Assembly: GCA_041664945.1 (NCBI GenBank)
Contig: JBAYJY010000003.1
Location: forward strand, 8,415 to 72,414
Direction: 5' to 3'
Source: a bacterium
GTDB lineage: Bacteria > UBP15 > UBA6099
Length of the DNA: 64,000 nt
The stretch's first letter is position 1; every line of letters starts with the position of its first letter. Made by a program: the position numbers and the translations under genes. The notes under the pieces are model-generated. The model did not search any database. It was not told where the DNA came from and saw only the letters and a program-made list of their open reading frames with translations. Positions 9,313-19,161 of this stretch are shown here, piece by piece.

Positions 9313-10440
9313 TTGATTCCCTCTCGTGGGAAACAGGCGCGTTATATGATCTTGCATTCAGTTCAATCGAGACGATTCATGGCGCATTTTTTTTGCTGCG
9401 CCTCCATTCTTTTAATTTCAGCTATTTCGGCTCTGGCCGCTACTGATACAGATGCGAACAAGAACCCCGCGGGCTACAAAAGCGTCTGGAAAGGCGGCCT
9501 CGACAGCGGCGAGTGCTATTATTTAGCCAGCCGGGCGCTGAACGGCAATTTCGCCTCCGGCGCCGGCGAAGAGCTGGCCTTGCTGGACGACGCCGGCTTC
9601 GGCCATGTCCTGAAATGGAACGGTCAGGGATTCTCCGAGGTATGGATCACTTCAGACCGCATCGCGGACCAGCCGGTGGAAAAAACGGCAGTTGCGGACT
9701 TCGCTGGCGACGGGAGCGACTCTTCGGCTCTGATGCTCGCTAACGGCGAGTTGAACGTCTGGAACGGCGAAAGCGATTCATTCGAAATGCTTTGCCGCGA
9801 CTGCGCATCCGAACTGCGCGGCCAGTACAGAATCCGGCTGATCGCGGCTTCCGACTTCGACGGCGACAGACGCGATGAAATTATCGCGTGGGCTGAGTCG
9901 AAAGGACATTTCTATCTCCTTACGCTTGAGCTGTCCGGAGATAAACTCGAACTTTTTTCCAGCCATCAGATCGAGGGCGCCGGCAAAGCGCTCGACATTC
10001 TCGTTCTTAAGCGAACGTCCGGAGAAGAAGATTATTTCCTGCTCGAAACAGGAGGTATTTTAGGCTATAGGCTGACAAATCTCGTCGTTGACGAAGAAGG
10101 AATCAGGATCGGCCGCCGGCTTCCTCTGAATAAACAATACAAAAAAATCATTTCCGCATGGGCCGGAAAAACCAGCCCGAAGAACAAAAGCGCCGTTTTT
10201 CTGCTCACATCGCGAGGAGGACAACTCGACCTGATCGCCATTGACCCGACAAGCGGCAAGGAATTGACGCTTATAGAAAAAGCGCCTCTTCAAACCCGTT
10301 TAGCGCTCTCAGCCGACATCTACGGCGACGGCAAAGAGGAAATTATTTTCACAGAGGTGAATTGCAAATATAATATATACTCGAAAGCGCAAACGAAGGC
10401 GCCCGGCGCAAGAAACAGCAAACCCGTCAAACAACGCTGA
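9313..10440 (+). CDS. Secreted FG-GAP/VCBS-like repeat protein (hypothetical)
   Basis: Signal peptide present. Repeated DxDGDGxxE-like calcium-binding loops occur (ADFAGDGSDSS, ASDFDGDRRDEIIAW, ADIYGDGKEEIIF), typical of FG-GAP beta-propeller blades. Start codon is uncertain; an internal Met at 9379 precedes the signal peptide. Confidence 0.4.
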   Translation: MIPSRGKQARYMILHSVQSRRFMAHFFCCASILLISAISALAATDTDANKNPAGYKSVWKGGLDSGECYYLASRALNGNFASGAGEELALLDDAGFGHVLKWNGQGFSEVWITSDRIADQPVEKTAVADFAGDGSDSSALMLANGELNVWNGESDSFEMLCRDCASELRGQYRIRLIAASDFDGDRRDEIIAWAESKGHFYLLTLELSGDKLELFSSHQIEGAGKALDILVLKRTSGEEDYFLLETGGILGYRLTNLVVDEEGIRIGRRLPLNKQYKKIISAWAGKTSPKNKSAVFLLTSRGGQLDLIAIDPTSGKELTLIEKAPLQTRLALSADIYGDGKEEIIFTEVNCKYNIYSKAQTKAPGARNSKPVKQR

Positions 10441-10530
10441 GCTGACGCCGCGCAGCGGCGGACTTATTTGCGGCCTTATCAACGCCGGGCGCTTTTTTCG
10501 TGTATATTGTTACGGAGGCTTGTTTTGAGC

Positions 10531-11082
10531 GTGTGGGATGACCTGAAAGAAAAAGTTCTTTCCTGCAAGAAATGCGAGCTTTGCCGTGAACGGACTCAGG
10601 CTGTTTTCGGCGAGGGCGACGCGGATGCAGCAATTATGTTCGTAGGCGAAGGCCCGGGGGCCGAAGAAGACCGGTTAGGCCGCCCGTTCGTCGGCGCCGC
10701 CGGAAAACTGCTCGATGAGATGCTCGCCGGGATCGGCCTCAACCGCACTCAGGTTTTCATCGCCAACATTATCAAATGTCGTCCGCCGAACAACAGAGAT
10801 CCCAAGCCCGAAGAGATTGACGCCTGCAAGGAATACCTCTTCGCGCAAATCGCCTATATCAATCCGAAAGTTATCTGCACGCTCGGGCGCCACTCGCTTC
10901 ACACTCTCGTGCGGCCCGACATAAGTATCTCCAAGGAACACGGAAAGCCGATTCGTTGGAAAGGGCTTCTCTATCTGCCGGTATACCACCCGGCGGCCGT
11001 GCTTTACCGCAGGCAGCTCATGGACTCCCTGCGCTACGATTTCGAACAGTTAAAACTCGTTTCCGAGCGTGGATATTATTGA
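10531..11082 (+). CDS. Uracil-DNA glycosylase, family 4
   Basis: Motifs CxxCxLC...VFGEGxxxAAIMFVGEGPGAEEDRLGRPFVGAAGKLLDEML and HPAAVLYR are diagnostic of 4Fe-4S family-4 UDG. A GTG start at 10531 follows a GGAGG RBS. Confidence 0.8.
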   Translation: MWDDLKEKVLSCKKCELCRERTQAVFGEGDADAAIMFVGEGPGAEEDRLGRPFVGAAGKLLDEMLAGIGLNRTQVFIANIIKCRPPNNRDPKPEEIDACKEYLFAQIAYINPKVICTLGRHSLHTLVRPDISISKEHGKPIRWKGLLYLPVYHPAAVLYRRQLMDSLRYDFEQLKLVSERGYY

Positions 11083-11384
11083 TGACTTTATTCGCGGTAA
11101 AAAAAATTATCACGGGCGTTTTTACATTATATGAAGCGCTGATATTTATAAACGTAATACTGTCGTGGTCGCAACGCCGGCCTGCCGGCCGCATTTGGGA
11201 CCTGCTCGACATGGTCACCGAACCTGTCCTCGGCCCCTGCCGAGACATTTTGAATTCGCTATACCGGTTCGTCGGCATAGACCAGCGGAGTTTTCCTCTG
11301 GACCTCTCGCCGATGCTCGCGTTAGTTCTTCTGGACCTCGTTCGCCGCGCGGCGCTTCTCGGCGCTGTCCGCCTGCTGGGATAG
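11082..11384 (+). CDS. YggT-family membrane protein
   Basis: ~100 aa with two TM helices and the YGGT-like ...VILSWSQRRPAGRIWDLLDMVTEPVL... It overlaps the UDG stop (TGATG). YggT is typically found with divIVA and yggU in cell-division clusters. Confidence 0.65.
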   Translation: MTLFAVKKIITGVFTLYEALIFINVILSWSQRRPAGRIWDLLDMVTEPVLGPCRDILNSLYRFVGIDQRSFPLDLSPMLALVLLDLVRRAALLGAVRLLG

Positions 11385-11402
11385 CATTAAATTGGAGGAA
11401 AC

Positions 11403-11852
11403 ATGAGCCTCGTTCCGCTCGAAATCACTTCTAAAGAATTTCACAAAACCATGCGCGGATACGATCCGATGGAAGTCAAAAGCTTCCTTGAGGAAGTGTC
11501 GCGCGAGCTCGGCCGCGCGTTGTCAGACAAATCGGCCATCGCCGCCGAACTCAACGCCGTCAAAGATAATCTCGCGAAGTATCACGAACTTGAGGACGCG
11601 ATCAAGGAGACGCTCCTTCTCGCGCAACGAACACGTGAAGAAGTCGTCGAATCGGCGAAAAAACAGGCCGAACTGATAATCGAAGAGGCCCGCCATCAGG
11701 GCCGCAAGATTGAGGAGCGGTACGCTACGCTAAAAGCGACCAAGCGCGAGTTCGAGATCGAGTTCGACGCGCTGATCTCGGCTTTCCACGGCAAACTGAA
11801 AGAGCTTCATGAGCCGGAAGACAAAAGAGACGCCGCGCATGACGCCGATTGA
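11403..11852 (+). CDS. DivIVA-domain cell-division protein
   Basis: N-terminal DivIVA signature (LEITSKEFHKTMRGYDPMEVKSFLEEV) followed by a coiled coil. Confidence 0.75.
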   Translation: MSLVPLEITSKEFHKTMRGYDPMEVKSFLEEVSRELGRALSDKSAIAAELNAVKDNLAKYHELEDAIKETLLLAQRTREEVVESAKKQAELIIEEARHQGRKIEERYATLKATKREFEIEFDALISAFHGKLKELHEPEDKRDAAHDAD

Positions 11853-12150
11853 AACGCTCGAAACGAAGAAAGGCCTGAGCTTCGAAGTCAGAGTCAGGCC
11901 GTCGGCGGGCCGGAGCGGCTTCGCCGGCGAACACGCAGGCGCTCTGAAAGTCAACCTGAAATCGCCGCCCGAAGACGGAAAAGCGAACAAAGAGCTTATC
12001 GGCATTATAGCGAAAGCTCTGGGCGTCCCTGCCAGCGGAGTGGCGATTGTCTCCGGCGAAACATCCCGGACCAAGCGCATCGGCGTCTCCGGAGTCAGCC
12101 GCGTCAAACTGGATAATTTTCTGGCGGACGTTACAAAAACGGAAAAATAA
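11839..12150 (+). CDS. DUF167 (YggU) family protein
   Basis: ~100 aa containing ...LKVNLKSPPEDGKANKELIGIIAKALGVPASGVAIVSGETSRTKRIGV, the YggU signature. It overlaps the divIVA 3' end. Confidence 0.6.
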   Translation: MTPIETLETKKGLSFEVRVRPSAGRSGFAGEHAGALKVNLKSPPEDGKANKELIGIIAKALGVPASGVAIVSGETSRTKRIGVSGVSRVKLDNFLADVTKTEK

Positions 12151-12192
12151 ATTAGATTAATTGAGTGAAGTTTCTACGAACTGGAGAATAAA

Positions 12193-12717
12193 ATGGCAAA
12201 AGCTGAACCGATGGAAAAATGCAGTTGCGGAGGCAAGCTGGCCGATTACGACGATTACTTGGCGAAACAGGCGGTGAAACGAGGCGTCGCGGCGCTGCCC
12301 GCGGCGGTAATTCTGTGCGCTGTATGGGCGCCGCTTTTCTGCCTCGTCCGCTTAGGCATCGGCGGCGTGATCGGCGCTGCGGGCGCAAGCGCAATTCTGG
12401 TTCTGCTTCTGAAAAAGGTTTTTATCGGAATAATATTGGGAGTTCTTGTTTCGGTCGCTGTTGGAATCGGGCGAAGCGATCTCGGATTGTTTCTCGGCGC
12501 AGTAATCGGATCGCTTGGAGGATTCTTCGTAGCGGCTGCGTCGGCAATGCCGCTTAAATCAGACGCAACGCATCGTCTCGATGTCGTGCTTGTAGCTGTA
12601 ATTTCCGGAATATTATGCGCGGCTACTGTTTACTTCGCGGAAGCCTACGGGCGGAGCAAGTATGCGAAATATATCGGGCCGGAACCTCATGAAGGAACCG
12701 GCGCAGGCGGCAATTAA
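12193..12717 (+). CDS. Hypothetical integral membrane protein (glycine-zipper helices)
   Basis: Four predicted TM helices rich in GxxxG/A motifs. An N-terminal CSCGG cysteine pair is present. I do not recognise a family. Confidence 0.35.
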   Translation: MAKAEPMEKCSCGGKLADYDDYLAKQAVKRGVAALPAAVILCAVWAPLFCLVRLGIGGVIGAAGASAILVLLLKKVFIGIILGVLVSVAVGIGRSDLGLFLGAVIGSLGGFFVAAASAMPLKSDATHRLDVVLVAVISGILCAATVYFAEAYGRSKYAKYIGPEPHEGTGAGGN

Positions 12718-12932
12718 ACTGCAGTTGTCGCTACGGTCGCTTTGCCGGCCTTCTGTACTTTATTCGACCTTAAACACCGCGTGCAAACTTTCATTGTTTT
12801 GCGGACTCCGTCTTTTTCAACGTGCACCGTTCGCAGATTCGGCTTGAACGTGCGCTTCGTTCTGCGGTTCGAATGGCTGACGTTGTTGCCGCTCGTAGTC
12901 CCTTTACCACACACATCACATTTATAAGACAT
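12714..12932 (-). CDS. rpmB: 50S ribosomal protein L28
   Basis: MSYKCDVCGKGTTSGNNVSHSNRRTKRTFKPNL... matches the L28 N-terminal CxxxGK...GNNVSH..RRTKR..PNL signature. Size is 72 aa. Confidence 0.85.
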   Translation of the reverse strand: MSYKCDVCGKGTTSGNNVSHSNRRTKRTFKPNLRTVHVEKDGVRKTMKVCTRCLRSNKVQKAGKATVATTAV

Positions 12933-13106
12933 TAGAACACTTCCTTTTCATGCGGTCCCTCGGTTCCCGCGTAAACAAGCATATGATTTTAGTTTGTATC
13001 TCAAAAACTGTCAATAGCCTCCTGTTTTGCAAAATCCTCTCGATAGTGGAAATTTTTGTGCGGTTAGGTGTATTTTATATCAGGTAAAAGATATATTTTA
13101 TGGTCT

Positions 13107-14285
13107 ATGGGAGAGTTGCGCTTGGGAACAGAGGCTGACGGGATACAAAAGGTTTTCACTGATAGATTCGGCGGCGGCGATATTCTGACCGTCCGGGCGC
13201 CCGGGCGCGTCAATCTGATCGGCGAGCACACCGACTATAACGACGGGTTCGTGCTCCCAATGGCGATCCTTAACGGCATAACAATGGCCGGCCGCAAGCG
13301 CGACGACCGGTTGCTCCGCCTGTTCTCAATCGACTACAACGAGGAAGTCACGATCGACCTCGGCGCGCGGTTCGATAAACGGCCTCAGCGCTGGAGCATG
13401 TATATCGACGGGGTCGTGCGATCGTTCGAGGAAGAACTTGGCGATGAACTGCCCGGCTTCGACGCTGTTCTCACCGGCGACGTGCCGCAGGGATCGGGCC
13501 TAAGTTCGTCCGCCGCGCTCGAAGTGGCGACAGGATTTATGATAAACGAAATGCTCGGCCTCGGAGTCAGCCGCGTCGAAATCGCGCTCTTCGGCCAGAA
13601 AGCAGAGAACAACTACCTCGGCGTCCGTTGCGGCATCATGGATCAGTTCGCATCATGCCTCTGCGCCGCGGATTCAGCGCTCTTCCTCGACTGCCGAAGC
13701 CTCGATTTCGAGAGGGTTCCGCTTGTTATGAAAAACGAAGCGATTCTTATTCTCGACACCGGGAAGTCGCGCGGGCTTGTAGACTCGGCCTACAACGAGC
13801 GGCGCCGCGCCTGCGAGGACGGCGTGAAACTTTTCGCGGGATGGCTGCCAGGAACGCGCGCTCTGCGCGACGTATCTTCGGAACAGTACGAGAGATATGC
13901 GGATCGTCTGCCGGACGAAGTCCGCAAAAGGTGCCGGCACATCGTTTATGAAAACGAACGCGTGCTCGAAAGCGTGAAATGCCTCAAGAACGGAAACCTC
14001 GCGCGGTTCGGCGAACTGATGTGGGAGTCGCACGACAGTCTGCGCGATGATTTCGAGGTAAGTTGCGCCGAGCTCGACGCTCTGAACGGGATCGCTCACG
14101 GGCTCGACGGAATGCTGGGCGAGCGGATGACAGGCGCCGGCTTCGGCGGCTGCGCGGTCGCGCTCGTCAAACGTGAAGCTGAACAACAGGCGCGCGAAAC
14201 GCTCTCCGCCGGATACCTCGATAAAACAGGACGCAGTCTTAAAATATATGGAACAGGCGCCGCGGACGGCGCCCGGTTAATTTAG
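13107..14285 (+). CDS. galK: Galactokinase
   Basis: Galactokinase signature APGRVNLIGEHTDYNDGFVLP and the GHMP ATP-binding motif PQGSGLSSSAALEVA. Start codon is uncertain; the ORF opens at 13068. Confidence 0.85.
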   Translation: MGELRLGTEADGIQKVFTDRFGGGDILTVRAPGRVNLIGEHTDYNDGFVLPMAILNGITMAGRKRDDRLLRLFSIDYNEEVTIDLGARFDKRPQRWSMYIDGVVRSFEEELGDELPGFDAVLTGDVPQGSGLSSSAALEVATGFMINEMLGLGVSRVEIALFGQKAENNYLGVRCGIMDQFASCLCAADSALFLDCRSLDFERVPLVMKNEAILILDTGKSRGLVDSAYNERRRACEDGVKLFAGWLPGTRALRDVSSEQYERYADRLPDEVRKRCRHIVYENERVLESVKCLKNGNLARFGELMWESHDSLRDDFEVSCAELDALNGIAHGLDGMLGERMTGAGFGGCAVALVKREAEQQARETLSAGYLDKTGRSLKIYGTGAADGARLI

Positions 14286-14321
14286 TTTTCATTTTGGCTT
14301 TTGAAAATATAGGAGACATAA

Positions 14322-15332
14322 ATGCCCAAAGTAAAAAAAAGGGAACCCGGACTTAAAGAGTATGTTCGGATGATCCGCGAGATTAAAAAAAGCCGCATCC
14401 TCGTTATCGGCGATATCATGCTCGACGAATATCTCTGGGGATCGGCGACCCGGATATCGCCGGAAGCGCCGGTGCCGGTTGTGGAAATAAGGAACCGGAC
14501 ATTCCACGCCGGAGGAGCCGCAAACACTGTTTCGAACATCATCTCGCTCGGCGCCGGCGCCACGCTCATGGGAGTCGTCGGCAAGGACCAGAGCGGCGAC
14601 ATGCTCAAAAAAATTATCGCCAAAAACGGAATCGGAACAAAACACATCTTAACTGACACAGGCAGGCCGACCACAAACAAGGTCCGCATTCTGGCGCAAG
14701 GCCAGCAGGTGATGCGCACCGATCAGGAAGAAACCGGCCCGATCAGCCCCGCGCTGACCAACGCTTTAATCCGCCGCATAGAAAAGATGGCCTGCGACAT
14801 AGACGGAATAGCGGTGTCAGACTACAACAAAGGCGTGCTCGGCCCGAAACTGATGAGCATGCTGATCAATCTGGCGAAAGAGAAAGGCAAGATAATCGTC
14901 GCCGACCCGAAACCGAAAAATATTGAATGGTTCAAAGGCGTGACGGTAATTACGCCGAACAGGATGGAAGCCTCGCTGATTTCGGGGATCAACATACACG
15001 ACGGCCCGTCGCTGATTGAAGGGGGGCGCGCCATACAGCGGGGAATGGGCATCGCGAACGTTCTCGTCACGCTCGGCGAGGATGGAATGGCGCTGTTCTC
15101 GGAAGGAAAAAATGTCGATAAGATTCCGGCCGCGAGCGCTCAGGTTTACGACGTTACCGGCGCAGGCGACACCGTGCTCGCCACGGTCGCCGCGAGCCTT
15201 GGCTGCGGCCATGCAATAGGGGACGCTGTCCGCCTTGCGAACTACGCGGCCGGCGTAGTCGTCAGAAAACGCGGCACCGCAACCGTAACCGCGGACGAAC
15301 TTGCCGACTTCATAAAGAGACATCAATTATGA
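14322..15332 (+). CDS. hldA: D-glycero-beta-D-manno-heptose-7-phosphate kinase (RfaE domain I, PfkB family)
   Basis: PfkB ribokinase-like fold with the C-terminal DVTGAGDT motif. It is immediately followed, with a 4 bp overlap, by the matching adenylyltransferase gene, as in split hldE. Confidence 0.75.
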   Translation: MPKVKKREPGLKEYVRMIREIKKSRILVIGDIMLDEYLWGSATRISPEAPVPVVEIRNRTFHAGGAANTVSNIISLGAGATLMGVVGKDQSGDMLKKIIAKNGIGTKHILTDTGRPTTNKVRILAQGQQVMRTDQEETGPISPALTNALIRRIEKMACDIDGIAVSDYNKGVLGPKLMSMLINLAKEKGKIIVADPKPKNIEWFKGVTVITPNRMEASLISGINIHDGPSLIEGGRAIQRGMGIANVLVTLGEDGMALFSEGKNVDKIPAASAQVYDVTGAGDTVLATVAASLGCGHAIGDAVRLANYAAGVVVRKRGTATVTADELADFIKRHQL

Positions 15333-15823
15333 AAATCGTTCCGCGCGAACAAATAAGCGGCATCTGCGAAGAATACCGGCGGCAGGGCAAGAACATCGTT
15401 TTCACTAACGGGTGCTTCGACATCATACACCCCGGCCACATCTATTGCCTGTACATGGCCCGCAAGGAAGGCGACCTGCTCGTCATTGGACTGAACGACG
15501 ACGGCTCCGTGCGCGGCCTCAAAGGCCCTACCCGCCCGATTTTCTCTCAGGACGAACGCGCGGAACTGCTCGCTTCTTTTTTCTTCGTCGACCATGTCGT
15601 TCTGTTCAACGAAGACACGCCTCTTAATCTCGTGCTTCAGGTCCGGCCTCAGGTTATCGTCAAAGGCGGCGATTACGAGCCGGATACGATTGTCGGCCGA
15701 AAAGAGGTTGAAGCCGAAGGCGGACGGCTCGTCGTTATTCCGCCCATGCCCGGCTTTTCGAGCAGCCGCCTTATTAAAGCGGTGGCTGACGCCGCGAACG
15801 GCATTGACAAAACGCGATCTTAG
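15329..15823 (+). CDS. hldC: D-glycero-beta-D-manno-heptose-1-phosphate adenylyltransferase (RfaE domain II)
   Basis: Cytidylyltransferase-like motif FTNGCFDIIHPGHIYCL. Size and pairing with the upstream PfkB kinase gene fit hldC. Confidence 0.8.
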   Translation: MKIVPREQISGICEEYRRQGKNIVFTNGCFDIIHPGHIYCLYMARKEGDLLVIGLNDDGSVRGLKGPTRPIFSQDERAELLASFFFVDHVVLFNEDTPLNLVLQVRPQVIVKGGDYEPDTIVGRKEVEAEGGRLVVIPPMPGFSSSRLIKAVADAANGIDKTRS

Positions 15824-15856
15824 CGTTTCCGGCTTTCCGCCGGCTCATCACAACTA

Positions 15857-16603
15857 ATGGATTTTCTTAAACCGATAAACAGTTTGGCTTCCCGCGCGGC
15901 GGCGCTTATTATGCCGTTCAAATGTCCCGGCTGCGGCGCGGTAGGCGAAAGCTTTCTCTGCCGCGAATGCGAAAAAAAGACGGCGGCGGTCGTCGAGCCC
16001 TACTGCAAGCGCTGCGGGCGCCCGCTCCCGCCCGGCGTGAGCGAAACGGCGGACTGCAAGGAATGCCGCGACTCTGATTTGCCGTTCGACCTCTGCCGCT
16101 CTGTTTTCTTTTACGCGCCTCCGGTCGACGAACTGATTAAAAAATTTAAATTCAAACGCAACTACACCGCCGGCCGCTGGCTGCTGGACGGCGTGTGCAT
16201 CCGCGCCCAGTTTCAGCCGGGATTTTTTCCGGGCTTCGATTCCGCCGACGGCATTGTGCCTGTTCCCCTGCATCCGCTCAAAATTCTTCAACGCGGTTTC
16301 AATCAGTCGGAATTTTTCGCCGACGGATTCGGGCGGCAACTGAAAGTCGAACAGATGCCATGCCTCGTCAGGCGGCGGTACACGCGCCCCCAGTCGCTGC
16401 TTCCTCTGAAGGAACGCGAGAAAAATGTGCGAGGCGCGTTCGCCGTGAGCAGGAACGCGCCGATCGCCGGCAAAAAGCTTATTCTGATAGATGACGTGAT
16501 GACATCAGGCGCGACTGTTTACGAATGCGCGCGGGCGCTGAAAGAAGGCGGCGCCGCGGAAGTGTATATATTCACTATCGCGAGAAGGGCGCTATATGTA
16601 TAA
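15857..16603 (+). CDS. comFC: ComF-family protein (double zinc ribbon + phosphoribosyltransferase domain)
   Basis: N-terminal CPGCG...CRECE...CKRCG...CKEC zinc ribbons and a C-terminal PRTase motif LILIDDVMTSGATV. Confidence 0.75.
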   Translation: MDFLKPINSLASRAAALIMPFKCPGCGAVGESFLCRECEKKTAAVVEPYCKRCGRPLPPGVSETADCKECRDSDLPFDLCRSVFFYAPPVDELIKKFKFKRNYTAGRWLLDGVCIRAQFQPGFFPGFDSADGIVPVPLHPLKILQRGFNQSEFFADGFGRQLKVEQMPCLVRRRYTRPQSLLPLKEREKNVRGAFAVSRNAPIAGKKLILIDDVMTSGATVYECARALKEGGAAEVYIFTIARRALYV

Positions 16604-17006
16604 ATTTCTGGCGGTCGATCCCGGAAGCGGAAAATGCGGATTGGCCGTGATGACATCGGACGGGGCGGCGCTGGGAAAACTCGTCGCCCCGGCCGGCAAT
16701 GTGGCCGAAGCGGCGGCGGATCTCGCTAACCGTTTCGGCGGCGTCGATCTTGTCGTGGTCGGTTCAGGCACGGGCGGCGCCGCTGTTGCCGATAAGTTAC
16801 GAGCCCACGCCGGCCTGCCCTCCCGAGCCGTTTTATCGCCCGAACAGAACACGACTCTCGAAGCGCGGCTTCTTTACGAGCGCGAGAACCCGCGCCCGCT
16901 GCCCCTGCGGCTGATCCCGCGCTGGCTGTTCGCCCCGCCCGCAGACCTCGATGCTTACGCCGCCGTCGCCATAGGCCTGCGTTATCTTAAAGAAAACCCG
17001 AAATGA
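16596..17006 (+). CDS. RuvX/YqgF-like RNase-H-fold putative nuclease (divergent)
   Basis: FLAVDPGSGKCGLAV at the N-terminus aligns with the RuvX LG(L/F)DxGxKxIGVAV motif. ...SPEQNTTLEARLLY and ...DAYAAVAIGLRYL match the conserved C-terminal blocks of RuvX. The central region is atypical. Confidence 0.45.
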   Translation: MYKFLAVDPGSGKCGLAVMTSDGAALGKLVAPAGNVAEAAADLANRFGGVDLVVVGSGTGGAAVADKLRAHAGLPSRAVLSPEQNTTLEARLLYERENPRPLPLRLIPRWLFAPPADLDAYAAVAIGLRYLKENPK

Positions 17007-19147
17007 GGACGACAATGGAATCATCCGCTGTGCGCATCGGAATAGATGTCGGAGGCACGTTCACTCACGCCGTGGCGATCGACCACCGAACCCTGACCAT
17101 CGTGGCCAAGGCCTGCCGGCCCACAACTCACGCTGCGAAAGACGGCGTCGCAGAGGGAATCTGGAAATGCCTCGAAGACCTGCTCGCAACAGGCGCGTTC
17201 CACGTGGACGACGTCGTTTTCGTCGCCCACAGCACAACCCAGGCGACGAATGCGTTGCTCGAAGGCGACGTCGCGCCGGTCACTCTCGTCGGGCTGGCAG
17301 AAGGCGTCTCCGGCGCGCAGGCGAAACGCGAACTCTCTTTCACTGAAGTTAAAATCACCGGCGATAAAGTCATCCCGGTGAATCCGATATTTTTTGCGCC
17401 GGCCGCTGCGGACGCCGGCGTGAAAGCATACCTTCAGAAACCGGACGGCCCGACTCAGTCTTTCGTCGTCGCAGAACCGTTCGCCGTGGACGACCCGGAG
17501 AGCGAAAAACGGATAGCCGCTCTTATTTCCGACGCCGGGTTCCCGGTAACCGCCAGTTACGAAGTCTCCGGCCTTTACGGGTTGAAAGCGCGCGCCCGCA
17601 CCTCGGTTGTGAACGCATGCATTCTGCCTAAAATGACGGATGTCGCCAACAAAACGAGGTCGGCAGTCGAGCGGCTCGCGATCAAGCCCGCGCTGATGAT
17701 CATGCGAAGCGACGGCGGCGTCATGACCGCAGCCGCTATGGCGCGCACTCCAATCCTGACCATTCTCTCCGGCCCGGCCGCCGGGGTATCCGCCGCTATT
17801 CTATACGAAAAAATTGCGAACGGGTTCTTCGTCGAGGTCGGCGGCACCAGCACCGACATCAGCCTGATAATCAACGGCAAGCCGCAGCGAAAGCAGGCGG
17901 TGATAGGCGGCAACATTCTGTATCTGAAAACGCTTGATGTTCGGACGATCGGCGCCGCGGGCGGCTCGATGATTCGCGTTTCGCGCGGCCGCATCGCCGA
18001 TGTCGGCCCGCGCAGCGCCCACATCGCCGGTCTGCCGTATTCCTGCTTCTCCGACCCTTCGAAATGGACGAACCTTTCGGCGCGCTTTGTTTCTCCCAAA
18101 CCGGGCGACCCCGGCGACTACGCAGTCATCGACACCGGCTCCGGCGAAACCGTCGCCCTGACCGCCACCTGCGCTGCGAACGCTCTCGGTCTGTTGCCGG
18201 AGGGCGACTACTCGCTCGGCAACCGCGACGCGGCGCGGCGCGCTTTCGAGGCGCTCGCGAAAGAGCTTAAGACCGACGCCGACTCGGCGGCTCGCGAAAC
18301 GCTCCGTATCGCGTCGGAGAAGATCGCGCAAGTGTGCAAACAGCTTCGCGCGGAGTACCCGGTTGAAGTCGGCCTGACGATGATCGGCGGCGGCGGCGGC
18401 GCGTCAGCGATCGTTCCGGGAGCGGCCAAGGCGGTCGGCCTGCCCTACCAGCGCGCCCGCGATGCCGAAGTTGTTTCCGCTGTCGGCGTCGGCATGGCTC
18501 TTATGAAAAACGTTATTGAAAAAAGCGTTGTGGATCCGACGGACGAAGATATAAAAATAATCCGGTCTGAAGTCCTGCGCTCTCTGATCGAGTCCGGTTC
18601 GGACCCTGAAACGATCGAGGTCGAGATAGAGGTGGATAAGCAGAAAAACCTGATCAGGGCGACGGCTACAGGGACGTCTGCTCTGGTTTCGACACGGCAG
18701 GAAGAAGAAATCTCCGAGGAAGAGTCGTTGAAGGTGGCTGTGAACAGCCTCGGCGCCGATGCTCATTTCGAGATCGCATATGAGGATTCATCATGCCGTG
18801 TGATGTCCGGCGCGGTTGAGAGCCGAGGGCTACTCGGTTTCGGAAAGAAAACTAAACGGCCTGCGGTTGTGATAGACCGTCACGGACTGGCGAAGCTTAC
18901 GCTTCAGGACGCGGACGTAGTCCCTGTGAAGCGCGAGGAGGCTTCGGAAGCGCTCGCGGCGGCGGTTGGCCGGGCAACTATCTTCGGCGATGGCGGCGCT
19001 ATCCTGCGGCCCACCTATCTCGCCTTCGGCGGCAAAGTCATCGAGCTTTCAAAAGTCGGCGATCCGGAAAAAATGCTCAAATTCGCCGAAATGGAAATCT
19101 CGGAACACCCGAACGTCGAATCTTTCTGCCTGATTTTTAAGAAATGA
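17003..19147 (+). CDS. Hydantoinase/oxoprolinase (HyuA-like) family protein
   Basis: The N-terminal RIGIDVGGTFTHAV motif and ~700 aa length fit the hydantoinase A N-terminal plus Hydantoinase_A domain layout. No HyuB partner gene is adjacent. Confidence 0.6.
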   Translation: MRTTMESSAVRIGIDVGGTFTHAVAIDHRTLTIVAKACRPTTHAAKDGVAEGIWKCLEDLLATGAFHVDDVVFVAHSTTQATNALLEGDVAPVTLVGLAEGVSGAQAKRELSFTEVKITGDKVIPVNPIFFAPAAADAGVKAYLQKPDGPTQSFVVAEPFAVDDPESEKRIAALISDAGFPVTASYEVSGLYGLKARARTSVVNACILPKMTDVANKTRSAVERLAIKPALMIMRSDGGVMTAAAMARTPILTILSGPAAGVSAAILYEKIANGFFVEVGGTSTDISLIINGKPQRKQAVIGGNILYLKTLDVRTIGAAGGSMIRVSRGRIADVGPRSAHIAGLPYSCFSDPSKWTNLSARFVSPKPGDPGDYAVIDTGSGETVALTATCAANALGLLPEGDYSLGNRDAARRAFEALAKELKTDADSAARETLRIASEKIAQVCKQLRAEYPVEVGLTMIGGGGGASAIVPGAAKAVGLPYQRARDAEVVSAVGVGMALMKNVIEKSVVDPTDEDIKIIRSEVLRSLIESGSDPETIEVEIEVDKQKNLIRATATGTSALVSTRQEEEISEEESLKVAVNSLGADAHFEIAYEDSSCRVMSGAVESRGLLGFGKKTKRPAVVIDRHGLAKLTLQDADVVPVKREEASEALAAAVGRATIFGDGGAILRPTYLAFGGKVIELSKVGDPEKMLKFAEMEISEHPNVESFCLIFKK

Positions 19148-19161
19148 TTGTTTTTAGCCGG

